Positions 1-9,204 of a stretch of DNA of 64,000 nt are shown in pieces (position 1 is the stretch's first letter; each line of letters begins with the position of its first letter). The stretch is from an uncultured delta proteobacterium (lineage in GTDB: Bacteria > Desulfobacterota > Binatia > HRBIN30 > BPIQ01): assembly GCA_963761335.1 (NCBI GenBank), contig CAVXGR010000009.1:32001-96000 (forward strand), written 5' to 3'. The translations under genes and the position numbers were made by a program. The notes under the pieces are model-generated. The model made no database searches, had not been told where the DNA came from, and saw only the letters and a list, made by a program, of their open reading frames with translations.

Positions 1-669
1 GGCGCCGGCACCGCGGCGATGCAGGCACTGCGCGGTATCGACCTGCGGATCGACGACGGCGAGTTCCTCGCGGTCATGGGTCCGAGCGGCTCGGGCAAGT
101 CGACGGCGATGAACATCATCGGCTGCCTGGACACCCCGACCGCTGGATCATATCTGTTCCGCGGCGTCGACGTGGGTACGCTGTCGCGCGATCAGCGCGC
201 CATCCTCCGCCGCTACTATCTCGGCTTCGTCTTCCAGGGCTTCAATCTCCTCAACCGCACCTCGGCGCTCGAGAACGTCGAGCTGCCGCTCATCTACAGG
301 AGGATGCCCGCGGCGGAGCGCCAGGAGCGGGCGCGGCAGGCGCTGCGTGCCGTCGGCCTGGAGCCATGGGCCAAGCACACGCCGTCCGAGCTCTCGGGCG
401 GCCAGCAGCAGCGCGTCGCCATCGCCCGCGCCATGGTCACCGAGCCGGCGCTGCTGCTCGCCGACGAGCCCACCGGGAATCTCGACTCGGCGCGCAGCCG
501 CGAGATCATGGAGCTGCTCACGGCGCTCAATCGCGATCGCGGCATCACCGTCGTCATGGTGACCCACGAGACGACGATGGCGGCCTACGCGAAGCGCAGC
601 CTGCACTTCATGGACGGCCTGGTCGACGACGGCGCGCCGCCGGAGAGCGAAGCGCCGGGGCACCCCTGA
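1..669 (+). CDS. ABC transporter ATP-binding subunit, MacB/LolD-like (frame open to the window edge, so possibly 5'-truncated)
   Basis: Walker [10 protein letters not shown], signature [14 protein letters not shown], Walker [14 protein letters not shown]-loop VTHE. Confidence 0.93.
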   Translation, partial: GAGTAAMQALRGIDLRIDDGEFLAVMGPSGSGKSTAMNIIGCLDTPTAGSYLFRGVDVGTLSRDQRAILRRYYLGFVFQGFNLLNRTSALENVELPLIYRRMPAAERQERARQALRAVGLEPWAKHTPSELSGGQQQRVAIARAMVTEPALLLADEPTGNLDSARSREIMELLTALNRDRGITVVMVTHETTMAAYAKRSLHFMDGLVDDGAPPESEAPGHP

Positions 670-1880
670 TGCTGGCCGACACCATCCTCCTGGCTCTGCG
701 GGCCATCCGCCGCAACCTCCTGCGCTCGTCGCTGACGGTGCTGGGTATCGTCATCGGCGTCGCCGCGGTGATCACCATGGTCACCATCGGCAGCGGCGCG
801 ACGGCGCAGGTGACCGCGCAGATATCGAGTCTCGGCAGCAACCTGCTGAACGTGAGACCGGGGCAGCGGGGCCATGGGCCCGGGGGCGCCAGAAGCGAGG
901 CGAAGTCCTTCGAGATCGGCGATTCCGAGGCCATCGAGCGCGAGATCTCCGGCCTGGCCGCGGTGGCGCCCGCGGCGTCGAAGACGACACTCGCCATCTT
1001 CGGGAACGAGAACTGGTCGACCACGGTCACCGGCAGCGACAATGCCTACCTCGAGGTGCGCGCCTGGCCGTTGCAGAGCGGCCGGCCGTTCACCGGCGGC
1101 GAGGTGCGCGCCGGCAAGCTCGTGTGCATTCTCGGGGCCACGGTCAGGCAGAAGCTCTTTGCCGCGCAGGACCCGCTCGATGCGACGATTCGTCTCGGCA
1201 AGCTCCCCTGCCAGGTGATCGGCGTGCTGCGGTCGAAGGGGCAGTCCGGCTTCGGTGCCGACGAAGACGATTTCGTTCTCGTTCCCCTGCGCGCCCTGCA
1301 GCGGCGCATGGCGGGCAACCAGGACGTCGACGCCATCTTCGTCTCCGCCGAAGACGGCGTGTCGACCACGACGGTGCAGCGAAACATCGAGTCGCTGCTG
1401 CGCGAGCGGCGGCGGCTCGGGCCGAAGGACGAGGACGACTTTCACGTCATGGACATGCAGGAGATCGTCAGCGCCGTCGCCGGCACCAGCCGCGTGCTCA
1501 CGGCGCTGCTCGGCGCCGTGGCCGCCGTGAGCCTGCTGGTCGGCGGCATCGGCATCATGAACATCATGATGGTCTCGGTCACCGAGCGCACCCGCGAGAT
1601 CGGCACGCGGCTGGCGATCGGCGCCTTGGAGCGCGAGGTCCTGCTGCAGTTCCTGGTCGAGGCCGTGGTGCTGTCGCTGCTGGGCGGCATCGCCGGCATC
1701 ATCCTCGGGCTGCTGGCGGCGGCGGGTGGCGTGCGCCTTCTCGGCGTGCCCTTCGTCTTCGACCCCAGCATCGTGGTCACCGCCTTCCTCTTCTCCGGCG
1801 CCGTCGGCATCGCCTTCGGCTACTTCCCGGCGCGCCAGGCGGCGCGCCTCGATCCGATCGAGGCCCTGCGGCGCGAGTAG
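669..1880 (+). CDS. MacB-family ABC transporter permease
   Basis: ATG overlaps upstream TGA; RSSLTVLGIVIGVAAVI N-terminus, SLLVGGIGIMNIMMVSVTERTREIG, C-terminal GYFPARQAARLDPIEALR. Confidence 0.93.
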   Translation: MLADTILLALRAIRRNLLRSSLTVLGIVIGVAAVITMVTIGSGATAQVTAQISSLGSNLLNVRPGQRGHGPGGARSEAKSFEIGDSEAIEREISGLAAVAPAASKTTLAIFGNENWSTTVTGSDNAYLEVRAWPLQSGRPFTGGEVRAGKLVCILGATVRQKLFAAQDPLDATIRLGKLPCQVIGVLRSKGQSGFGADEDDFVLVPLRALQRRMAGNQDVDAIFVSAEDGVSTTTVQRNIESLLRERRRLGPKDEDDFHVMDMQEIVSAVAGTSRVLTALLGAVAAVSLLVGGIGIMNIMMVSVTERTREIGTRLAIGALEREVLLQFLVEAVVLSLLGGIAGIILGLLAAAGGVRLLGVPFVFDPSIVVTAFLFSGAVGIAFGYFPARQAARLDPIEALRRE

Positions 1881-1882
1881 CC

Positions 1883-3313
1883 ATGCCCGCCCCGTTACCC
1901 GCGCTCTCGCGGCGCCTTCTTCGCGCTGCCTGCTTCGCCGTCGCCAGCTGCGCCGCCGTCGGCCCCGACTATCACCCGCCGCAGGTCGCGGCGCCGGCGC
2001 AGTGGCATGCCGAGCTGCAGGACGGCCTGCACGGCGGGGCCATCGACCCGCGGGCGCTGGCGGAGTGGTGGACGAAGCTCGACGACCCGCTGCTCACGCA
2101 GCTGCTCGAGCGCGCCGCCGCGGCCAATCTCGACCTCGGCCAGGCGCGGACGCGGGTGCGCCAGGCGCGGGCGCGGCGCGGCGTCGCCGGGGCCGCCCTG
2201 TTTCCCACGGCCGACGCCACCGGCGCCGCGACCTGGAGCGAACGCGGCAGCGGCCAGTCGGGGGCCGGCAGCTCCGACCAGTGGCTGTACTCGGCGGGCT
2301 TCGATGCGGCGTGGGAGCTCGACGTCTTCGGCGGCGTACGGCGCTCCGTCGAGGCGGCACAGGCGGACCTGGAGGCGAGCCGCGAGGATCTGGGCGACGT
2401 GCTCGTCAGCCTGCTGGCGGAGACGGCCCTCGATTACGTCGACCTGCGCTCCGCGCAGGCGCAGCTGGCGATCGCCGAGGCCAACGTCGAGGCACAGACG
2501 GAGACCTATCAGATCGCCAACGAGCAGTTCCGCGCCGGACTGACCACCGATCTCGCCGCCGAGCAAGCGCAGTACAACCTCGAGAGCACACGCGCGCAGA
2601 TCCCCACCTTCCGCACCCAGATCGAGCAGCTAAAGAACGCCCTGTCGGTGCTGACCGGGCAGCCTCCGGGCGCCCTCGACGCCGAGCTCGATGAAAGAAA
2701 GCAGGTCCCCGTGCCTCCCGGAGAGGTCTTGGTGGGAGTCCCGGCAAACGCCGTGCGACGCCGCCCCGACGTGCGCCGCGCCGAGCGACTGCTGGCGGCG
2801 CAGACGGCGCGCATCGGCGTGGCCACCGCCGACCTCTATCCGAAGCTTTCGCTGAACGGCACCATCGGCATCGACGCCTCGACGCTCGGCGGGCTGACCT
2901 CGTTCGCCAACCGCTTCTCCCAGCTCGGCCCGAGCTTCAAGTGGACTCTGTTCGCGGCGGGAAGCATCCGCCAGAACATCGAGCTCCAGGAGGCGCTGAC
3001 GGAGGAGACTCTGCTCGCTTACCAGCAAGCGGTGCTGAAGGCGTTGCAAGAGGTCGAGGACGACATCGTCGCCTACGCCCAGGAGCAGCAGCGACGCGAC
3101 AGCCTGTCGCGCGCCGCCGCCGCGGCCGAGCGCGCCGTAACCGTGGCGCGCCAGCAGTTCGAGACCGGCCTGGTCGATTTCCAGAGCGTGCTCGACGCGC
3201 AGCGCTCCCTGCTCTCACTGCAGGAGCAGCTCGAGCAGAGCGACGCCGCCGTCACCTCCAACCTGATCCGCCTCTACAAAGCACTCGGCGGCGGCTGGAC
3301 GCCGGCGGGGTGA
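1883..3313 (+). CDS. TolC/NodT-family outer-membrane efflux lipoprotein
   Basis: CAAVGPDY N-terminus, WELDVFGG, RRPDVRRAE, terminal LYKALGGGW. Confidence 0.92.
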   Translation: MPAPLPALSRRLLRAACFAVASCAAVGPDYHPPQVAAPAQWHAELQDGLHGGAIDPRALAEWWTKLDDPLLTQLLERAAAANLDLGQARTRVRQARARRGVAGAALFPTADATGAATWSERGSGQSGAGSSDQWLYSAGFDAAWELDVFGGVRRSVEAAQADLEASREDLGDVLVSLLAETALDYVDLRSAQAQLAIAEANVEAQTETYQIANEQFRAGLTTDLAAEQAQYNLESTRAQIPTFRTQIEQLKNALSVLTGQPPGALDAELDERKQVPVPPGEVLVGVPANAVRRRPDVRRAERLLAAQTARIGVATADLYPKLSLNGTIGIDASTLGGLTSFANRFSQLGPSFKWTLFAAGSIRQNIELQEALTEETLLAYQQAVLKALQEVEDDIVAYAQEQQRRDSLSRAAAAAERAVTVARQQFETGLVDFQSVLDAQRSLLSLQEQLEQSDAAVTSNLIRLYKALGGGWTPAG

Positions 3314-3380
3314 CGGAGAGCGAGGATGCGCGAAGACGTCACATCCGCTAGCATCCCGCCGCAGAAAGGGAGACTCCGCC

Positions 3381-3764
3381 ATGCATCTCGTCGCCTTTGT
3401 CATCATTCTCGCCCTGATCGAGTTCTTCGTCTTCGGCCTGCTGGTCGGCCAGGCCCGGCAGCGCTACGACGTCAAGGCGCCGGCGACCACCGGCCATCCG
3501 ATCTTCGAGCGCTACTTCCGCGTGCACCAGAACACCATGGAGCAGCTGGTGATCTTCGTGCCGGCGATCTGGCTCTTCGGCTTCTACCTCAGCCCGACCT
3601 GGGCGGCGATTCTCGGCGTCGTCTTCATCATCGGCCGGGTCGTCTACATACGCGGCTACGTCGCGGAGCCGAGCAAGCGCGAGACCGGAGTGATCATCAG
3701 CGCCGTCGCCCAGGTGATTCTCCTGCTCGGCGCCGCCATCGGCGCCTTCTTCGCCTGGATCTGA
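3381..3764 (+). CDS. MAPEG family membrane protein
   Basis: FERYFRVHQNTMEQ motif, hydrophobic helices, GRVVYIRGY; GGAG RBS. Confidence 0.9.
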   Translation: MHLVAFVIILALIEFFVFGLLVGQARQRYDVKAPATTGHPIFERYFRVHQNTMEQLVIFVPAIWLFGFYLSPTWAAILGVVFIIGRVVYIRGYVAEPSKRETGVIISAVAQVILLLGAAIGAFFAWI

Positions 3765-3940
3765 GCGTGACGGCATTCGCGGCTGACGCCCCCGACGAGG
3801 AGTACGAGCGCCGCCGCGAGGAGCGGCCCGATCCGGGAACGTGAGGCACCGCCGGGGGCTCACGCAACGACCCAACGGCGCAACGCAGAAAATCGCCCGC
3901 GTTGCGCCGTGGCGACGTTGCGTGAGACCATGATGCGGCC

Positions 3941-4442
3941 GGGGACAGGCACCTTTTCGGCGGCGAGCAATCGGGGCCCGCGGGCAACCCTCCGCCGCCG
4001 AAAAGGAGCCTGCTTCGAAAATCTGTTGGGTGAAGGTCTGGCGGAGCCCCGGCGCTTGGCGTGGAGATTATCGCCCCGGAGGGGCGCGGGCATGTAGCCC
4101 CGGGTGCCAACCCGGGGACCGCGTTCCGATTGGCCCAGATCAGCGCCCCGCAGGGGCGCAGGCGTAGAGGCCGCGTGAGTCACGTCGATGAGCTCCCCAC
4201 GCACCCAGTGGTGATTTATCGGCGTACGGGCGCGACATCGACGAAAACTTGCCTGCGACCCTGCGGGGCCGCCTACGACGGACCGTGCACTTTTCCCCGG
4301 GTTTCACCCGGGGCTACACGCCACCGCCCTCCGGGGCGAACTTCGCCCAGGCGAGAATCTCCCAATCTCTTGCCGGGGCAGATCCCCGGCCTCATTTTCA
4401 TCGTCTGCTGGTGAGCCGCCAGGCTCATGATGCACTGTCCCC
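3941..4442 (+). mobile_element. Host REP hairpin (3941-4012 plus 4438-4442) interrupted by a 425-bp non-coding insert, copy 1, cargo type A
   Basis: GGGGACAGGCACCTTTTCGGCGGCG pairs with CGCCGCCGAAAAGGAGCCTG|TCCCC once 4013-4437 is removed; CTG present at both junctions; colinear with 29873-30297. Confidence 0.8.
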
Positions 4443-4449
4443 TGACCGC

Positions 4450-5526
4450 TCAGGCGATGACGCTGCGGATGACCTCGCCGGCCTCCATGGCGCGGAAGGC
4501 GTCGTTGACGCCCTCGAGCTTGATGGTCTTGGAGACCATCTTGGAGGTGTCGAGGCGGTGGGTCTCGATCAGCTCGACGAAGCGCGGGAAATCGCGGCGC
4601 ACCTGCGCCGTGCCGTACTTGCAGCCCTTCACCGTCTTCTCCTCGAAGAAGATGCCGAAGGCCGGCAGAGTGAACTGCGCGTCGAAGCGCGCCATGCCGA
4701 CCATGATCACCTCGCCGCCGCGGCGCGCCAGGTTGTAGGCGGTGACGAAGGTCTCCGGAAGACCGATCACCTCGAAGGCGTAGTCGGCGCCGCGGCCGCC
4801 GGTGAGCGCCTTCACCTGCTCGACCGGATCGCCCTGGGAGGGATCGACGACGTCGGTGGCGCCGAGCTGCATGGCCGTCTTGCGCTTCAGCTCCTGCGGG
4901 TCGATGGCGATGATGCGGCCGGCACCGGCGACGCGCGCCCCCTGGATGACCGCCTGCCCGACGCCGCCGCAACCGAGGACGGCGACGCTGGCGCCGGGCC
5001 GCACCTTGGCGGTGTTGAGGGCGGCACCGACGCCGGTGGTCACGCCGCAGCCGATCAGCGCCAGCTGTGCGTCGGGGAGGTCGGTCTCGACCTTCACCAC
5101 CGAGGCCTCGTCCACGGTCATCACGTTGGAAAACGTCCCCAAGCCGGTCATGCAGAAGTACATGCTGCCGTCCGGACGCGTGCCGCGCATCGCCATCGAC
5201 ACCTCGTTCTCGCGCTCGCACAGCTCCGACTGATCGCGCAGGCAGTACCAGCAGGCGCCGCAGGCGGGCACGAAGGAGGCGATGACGCGGTCGCCCTTCT
5301 GCACCCGCGACACCTCGGCGCCGACCTCGACGACGCGACCGGCGCCCTCGTGGCCGAGCACCATCCCCGGCGGCACCGGCACGTAGCCGCGCATGATCGA
5401 CAGGTCCGAATGACAGACACCGCTGGCGCCGATCTCGACGACGACATCGCGCGGACCGGGCGGGTTCGGCTTGAGCTCCTCCAGGGCAAGGGCGGTGGAG
5501 TCTCCGACGTAGACAGCAGCTTTCAT
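4450..5526 (-). CDS. Zn-dependent alcohol dehydrogenase (MDR family)
   Basis: GVCHSD, GHEGAG, structural Zn CGACWYC...C, GCGVTTG, GCGGVG; GGAGG RBS favours the 5526 start. Confidence 0.93.
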   Translation of the reverse strand: MKAAVYVGDSTALALEELKPNPPGPRDVVVEIGASGVCHSDLSIMRGYVPVPPGMVLGHEGAGRVVEVGAEVSRVQKGDRVIASFVPACGACWYCLRDQSELCERENEVSMAMRGTRPDGSMYFCMTGLGTFSNVMTVDEASVVKVETDLPDAQLALIGCGVTTGVGAALNTAKVRPGASVAVLGCGGVGQAVIQGARVAGAGRIIAIDPQELKRKTAMQLGATDVVDPSQGDPVEQVKALTGGRGADYAFEVIGLPETFVTAYNLARRGGEVIMVGMARFDAQFTLPAFGIFFEEKTVKGCKYGTAQVRRDFPRFVELIETHRLDTSKMVSKTIKLEGVNDAFRAMEAGEVIRSVIA

Positions 5527-5593
5527 TGGCATCCTCCGATTGGGCTAATTGCGGTCAGCCTCATTTCTAGCCTGTCCCCGCACGTAAAGTATA

Positions 5594-5854
5594 GAGGCGG
5601 AGAGGTGAACCGCAGAGCCGCAGAGAGCGCAGAGGAGAGCGAGCCGCCAAGGCGCAAAGGACGCCAAGAGAAGAGCGCCAAGAGGAAGAGGGGAGAGGCT
5701 ACTCCCCGGCCAAATGGACCAGCGCGAACCGGTCGCAAGCCCGGGAGTAGCCTCTCCCCTCTTCCTCTCTCGGCGTCCTTCTCGGCGTTCTCGCCGCCTC
5801 TGCGGTTTCCCTCCTCCGCGTCCTCTGCGGCTCTGCGGTTCACCTCCTCGCCTC
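5594..5854. repeat. Nested long inverted repeat of about 260 bp
   Basis: Outer GAGGTGAACCGCAGAGCCGCAGAG / CTCTGCGGCTCTGCGGTTCACCTC; inner perfect 26-bp IR at 5681-5706 / 5743-5768. Confidence 0.85.
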
Positions 5855-5856
5855 AC

Positions 5857-7407
5857 TCAGATCGCCCGCTGGCGGCCCTTCCAGTAGGGGTCGCGCAGCT
5901 TGCGCTTGTAGAGCTTGCCGTTGGGATCGCGCGGCATGACCTCGATGAAGTCGATCGAGCGCGGGCACTTGTACTTGGCGGCGTTCGCGGCGCAGAAGGC
6001 GAGGATCTCGTCGGCCAGCGCCGGCCCGGGCTCGACGCCGGCGGCCGGCTCGATCACCGCCTTCACCTCCTCACCCCAGTCCTCGTGCGGAATGCCGAAG
6101 ACGGCGGCGTCGGCGACCTTGGGATGCGTGAGCAGGACCGACTCCACCTCCGCCGGGTAGATGTTGACACCGCCGGAAATGATCATGTCGGTCTTGCGGT
6201 CGCAGAGGAACAGGTAGCCCTCCTCGTTGAGATAGCCGACGTCGCCGACGGTGAAGAAGCCCTCGCGGCGGTTGGCCTCGGTCTTCTCCTTGTCGCGGTG
6301 ATACTCGAAGTCCGCCTGCCCGAGCGCCATGTACACCGTGCCGATCTTCCCCGTGGGAACGTCCTTGCCCTCGTCGTCGAGGACGCGGATCTCGGCACCC
6401 GGCCAGGCGCGGCCGACGGTCCCCGGGTAGCGGAGCCACTCCTCGGGGGTCACCAGCGTGCCGCCGCCCTCACTGGCGGCATAGTACTCGTAGATCACCG
6501 GCCCCCACCACTCGAGCATGCGGCGCTTCACGTCGACCGGACAGGGCGCCGCGGCGTGGATCATGTGGCGCAGCGAGGAGACGTCGTAGCGCGCCTTCAC
6601 CTCTTCCGGCAGCGCCAGCAACCGGTGGAACTGCGTCGGCACCATGTGGCTGGTGGTCACCCGATACTTCTGGATCTTCTCCAGGCAGGTCTCCGGCGTC
6701 CACTTGTCCATCAGCACCACCGTGTGGCCGTAGTGCAGCGCCGAGGCGGTGAACATGAGCACCGCGGTGTGGTACAGCGGCGAGCCGGTCAGATGCACCT
6801 CGTCGCCGCCCGGCGGGACGCCAAACATCGCCAGGAACATGGCGTACATGGAGAAGACCATGTCGGGGTCGAAGGGGACCAGCGGCCGGCGCACCCCTTT
6901 CGGACGGCCGGTGGTTCCCGAGGTGTAGTTCATCACCTGGCCGGCGCTGCGCTCCGCCGGCAGTGACGAGGGCTGTCCCTCTTTCAGCGAATCGAAAGAC
7001 TGGAAGCCGGAAACAGTGCCAACCGCGAAACGCGCCTCGGCCGGCAAGCCGATCTCCTCGGCGGCGCCGGTACAGGCGGCGGCAAAGCGCTCGGCGCCGA
7101 CGAACGCCTTGGCCTCGGAGTCGCGCACGATGTAGGCGATCTCGGCTGCGGTCAGGTGATGATTGATCGGCGTCAGGTACCAGCCGGCCTGCGCCGCTGC
7201 CAGATAGAGCTCGATCATCGCGGCGCCGTTGGGAAGCACGGCGGCGATGCAGTCCCCGGAGCGCAGGCCGCGGGCGCGCAGGCCGTGCACCAGCTGATTG
7301 GCGCTGGCCAGGAGCTCGCCCGCGGAGATCTCTCTCTCATTGGGAGTCACCAGCGCCAGGCGCTCACCGTCGCGCTGCGCCAGGTTCCAGAAGCCGTATT
7401 CCGACAT
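5857..7407 (-). CDS. Acyl-CoA synthetase (AMP-forming, FadD-like)
   Basis: YTSGTTGRPKG, YAASEG, GDVGYLNEEGYLFLCDRKTDMIISGGVNIYPAEVE, PRDPNGKL. Confidence 0.95.
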   Translation of the reverse strand: MSEYGFWNLAQRDGERLALVTPNEREISAGELLASANQLVHGLRARGLRSGDCIAAVLPNGAAMIELYLAAAQAGWYLTPINHHLTAAEIAYIVRDSEAKAFVGAERFAAACTGAAEEIGLPAEARFAVGTVSGFQSFDSLKEGQPSSLPAERSAGQVMNYTSGTTGRPKGVRRPLVPFDPDMVFSMYAMFLAMFGVPPGGDEVHLTGSPLYHTAVLMFTASALHYGHTVVLMDKWTPETCLEKIQKYRVTTSHMVPTQFHRLLALPEEVKARYDVSSLRHMIHAAAPCPVDVKRRMLEWWGPVIYEYYAASEGGGTLVTPEEWLRYPGTVGRAWPGAEIRVLDDEGKDVPTGKIGTVYMALGQADFEYHRDKEKTEANRREGFFTVGDVGYLNEEGYLFLCDRKTDMIISGGVNIYPAEVESVLLTHPKVADAAVFGIPHEDWGEEVKAVIEPAAGVEPGPALADEILAFCAANAAKYKCPRSIDFIEVMPRDPNGKLYKRKLRDPYWKGRQRAI

Positions 7408-7419
7408 CAGAAGGTCTCC

Positions 7420-8604
7420 TCACTGCCGCGGCAGCCCGAGGATCCGCTGTGCGATCAGGTTGCGCTGGATCTCCGAGGTGCCGCCCATGATCGTCTCCGA
7501 AGGCGCGTAGAGGAACTCGCGGCCGATCAGTCCGCCCTCCGGGGCGCGGGCGCCCTCGTAGACGGTGCCGACGGGCCCGAGGATCTCCATCGCCAGCCGC
7601 TGCAGGCGCTGATCGGTCTCGCTGCCGAGCACCTTCTCGATCGAGCTCTCGACGCCCGGCTGTCCGCTGCGCAGCAGACGCGTCAGGCTGCGATAGCCGA
7701 CCAGGCGCAGGAGCTCGACCTCGATGAAGGCCTGCGCCAGCCCCTGGCGGGCAAGCGGGTCGGCGAGCCTCGCGGCGCCGTCGCGCCGCAGGCGCACGAG
7801 GCGCTCGAGGCTGCGGCGGATACGCCGCTGAAAGGTGAAGGTCCACACCGGGCCGCGCTCGTGCGCCAGGATGCCCATGGCCACCTGCCAGCCGCTGCCG
7901 GCGGTGCCCACCAGGCGGTCGGCGGGCACGCGGACGTTCTCGAAGAAGACCTCGCAGAACTCGGCGTCGCCGGTCATCTGCTTGAGCGGCCGCACGCTGA
8001 TGCCGGGATCGCGCATGTCGACGAGGAGGAGGCTGAGCCCCTTGTGCTTGGGCGCCTCCAGCTCGGTGCGGCAGAGGAGAAAGCACCGGTCGGCGATGTC
8101 GGCGTGGCTGGTCCACACCTTCTGGCCGTTGACCACGAAGACGTCGCCGTCGCGCTCGGCGCGGGTGCGCAGCGAGGCGAGGTCGGAGCCGGCGCCGGGC
8201 TCGGAGAAGCCCTGGCACCAGAGGTCGCCGCCGGAGAGCAGCGGCCGCAGGAAGCGCTGCCGCTGCTCGTCGGTGCCGTGGTGCAGGATCGCCGAGCCGA
8301 TCAGGTCGACGGCGCCGCTGCTGGCGATCGGGCGCGGCGCGCCGATGCGGTCGAGCTGCTCCTCGAAGAGCCAGCGCTCGATCACGGTGGCGCCGCGGCC
8401 GCCGTTCTCGCGCGTCCACGAGATCGCCGCCCAGCCGCCCTCGAAGAGCCGCCGCTGCCACTCGCGGGCGATCTCCAGCCACAGCGGGTCCTCGGCGCGC
8501 GACCAGCAGTGATCGCGCCGCCACTCCGGCGGTACGTTCGTCTCGAGCCACGCCCGCGCCTCCTCGGCAAAGGCCAACTCCTTCTCGGAAAAGGAAAAAT
8601 CCAT
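7420..8604 (-). CDS. Acyl-CoA dehydrogenase (FadE-like)
   Basis: WCQGFSEPGAGSDLASL, NGQKVWTS, FCEVFFENVRVP, TIMGGTSEIQRN. Confidence 0.95.
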   Translation of the reverse strand: MDFSFSEKELAFAEEARAWLETNVPPEWRRDHCWSRAEDPLWLEIAREWQRRLFEGGWAAISWTRENGGRGATVIERWLFEEQLDRIGAPRPIASSGAVDLIGSAILHHGTDEQRQRFLRPLLSGGDLWCQGFSEPGAGSDLASLRTRAERDGDVFVVNGQKVWTSHADIADRCFLLCRTELEAPKHKGLSLLLVDMRDPGISVRPLKQMTGDAEFCEVFFENVRVPADRLVGTAGSGWQVAMGILAHERGPVWTFTFQRRIRRSLERLVRLRRDGAARLADPLARQGLAQAFIEVELLRLVGYRSLTRLLRSGQPGVESSIEKVLGSETDQRLQRLAMEILGPVGTVYEGARAPEGGLIGREFLYAPSETIMGGTSEIQRNLIAQRILGLPRQ

Positions 8605-8659
8605 CGGCGCGATCCCTCTCTCGTCGGCTCCGCAGGACGCGGCGCAGAAGCCGTCATTC

Positions 8660-8684
8660 CGTCGAACAAACGTTCGTTTGTCAA
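8660..8684 (-). promoter_or_regulatory. Putative -35 box (TTGACA) overlapped by a palindromic operator upstream of fadE-fadD-adh
   Basis: TGTCAA at 8679-8684; perfect 7-2-7 palindrome ACAAACG-TT-CGTTTGT at 8666-8681. Confidence 0.6.
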
Positions 8685-8788
8685 GGGAGTCGGAACGCGA
8701 AGTAGTGGACCTTGAGATCAACCGCGTTTCGTCTCAAAACCATACCAATGAAAAAACCTTACGACCTAAACTTGGGCTGGGGAATCGT

Positions 8789-9010
8789 GCCGCGAAGCGG
8801 CGCAGGCATGTAGCCCCGGGTCGGAGACCCGGGGATCCCGGGTCCGCCTTCCCCGATGCGCCCCGCCAGGGGCGCGGGCGTGCAACCCCGGATGCAGAGG
8901 CCTGTGTCAAAACCGCGCCGGCGCCCCTGGCGGGGCGCCAACGGACGTCGACTTCGGGATCCCCGGGTCTCCGACCCGGGGCTACACGCCTGCGCCCCTC
9001 CGGGGCGAAT
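8789..9010. repeat. REP doublet, family A (GTAGCCCCGGG...CCCGGGG plus GCCCC..GGGGC hairpins)
   Basis: Inverted pair of GCATGTAGCCCCGGGTCGGAGACCCGGGGATCCC; the right half recurs inverted at 20422-20550. Confidence 0.85.
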
Positions 9011-9204
9011 GATCTCCGAGCTCCAGGCCACAGATGCAACCTGGGGAAGTCGGGTTCAACTCAACGAAGCGGGGGTTGTGGTGGATCGAAGTTGACCGCG
9101 TTTCGTTTCAAAATCCCCCAGTACCAGAACGCGGCCGGCCCGGCCGCTGTGGCCGTGTACTTTCTGCCGCCCCGGTGTATACGAAGTCCGCACCACAAGA
9201 GAAG

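Noticed and set aside
4393..4437. Hammerhead ribozyme in the conserved insert end (ATGAG...GAAA)
   Set aside because: The CUGAUGA core and correctly placed GAAA are absent.
4249..6966. 905-aa plus-strand ORF and similar long ORFs (34245-36938, 40581-42782, 32404-34530)
   Set aside because: Antisense shadows of well-supported genes in high-GC DNA; no motifs of their own.
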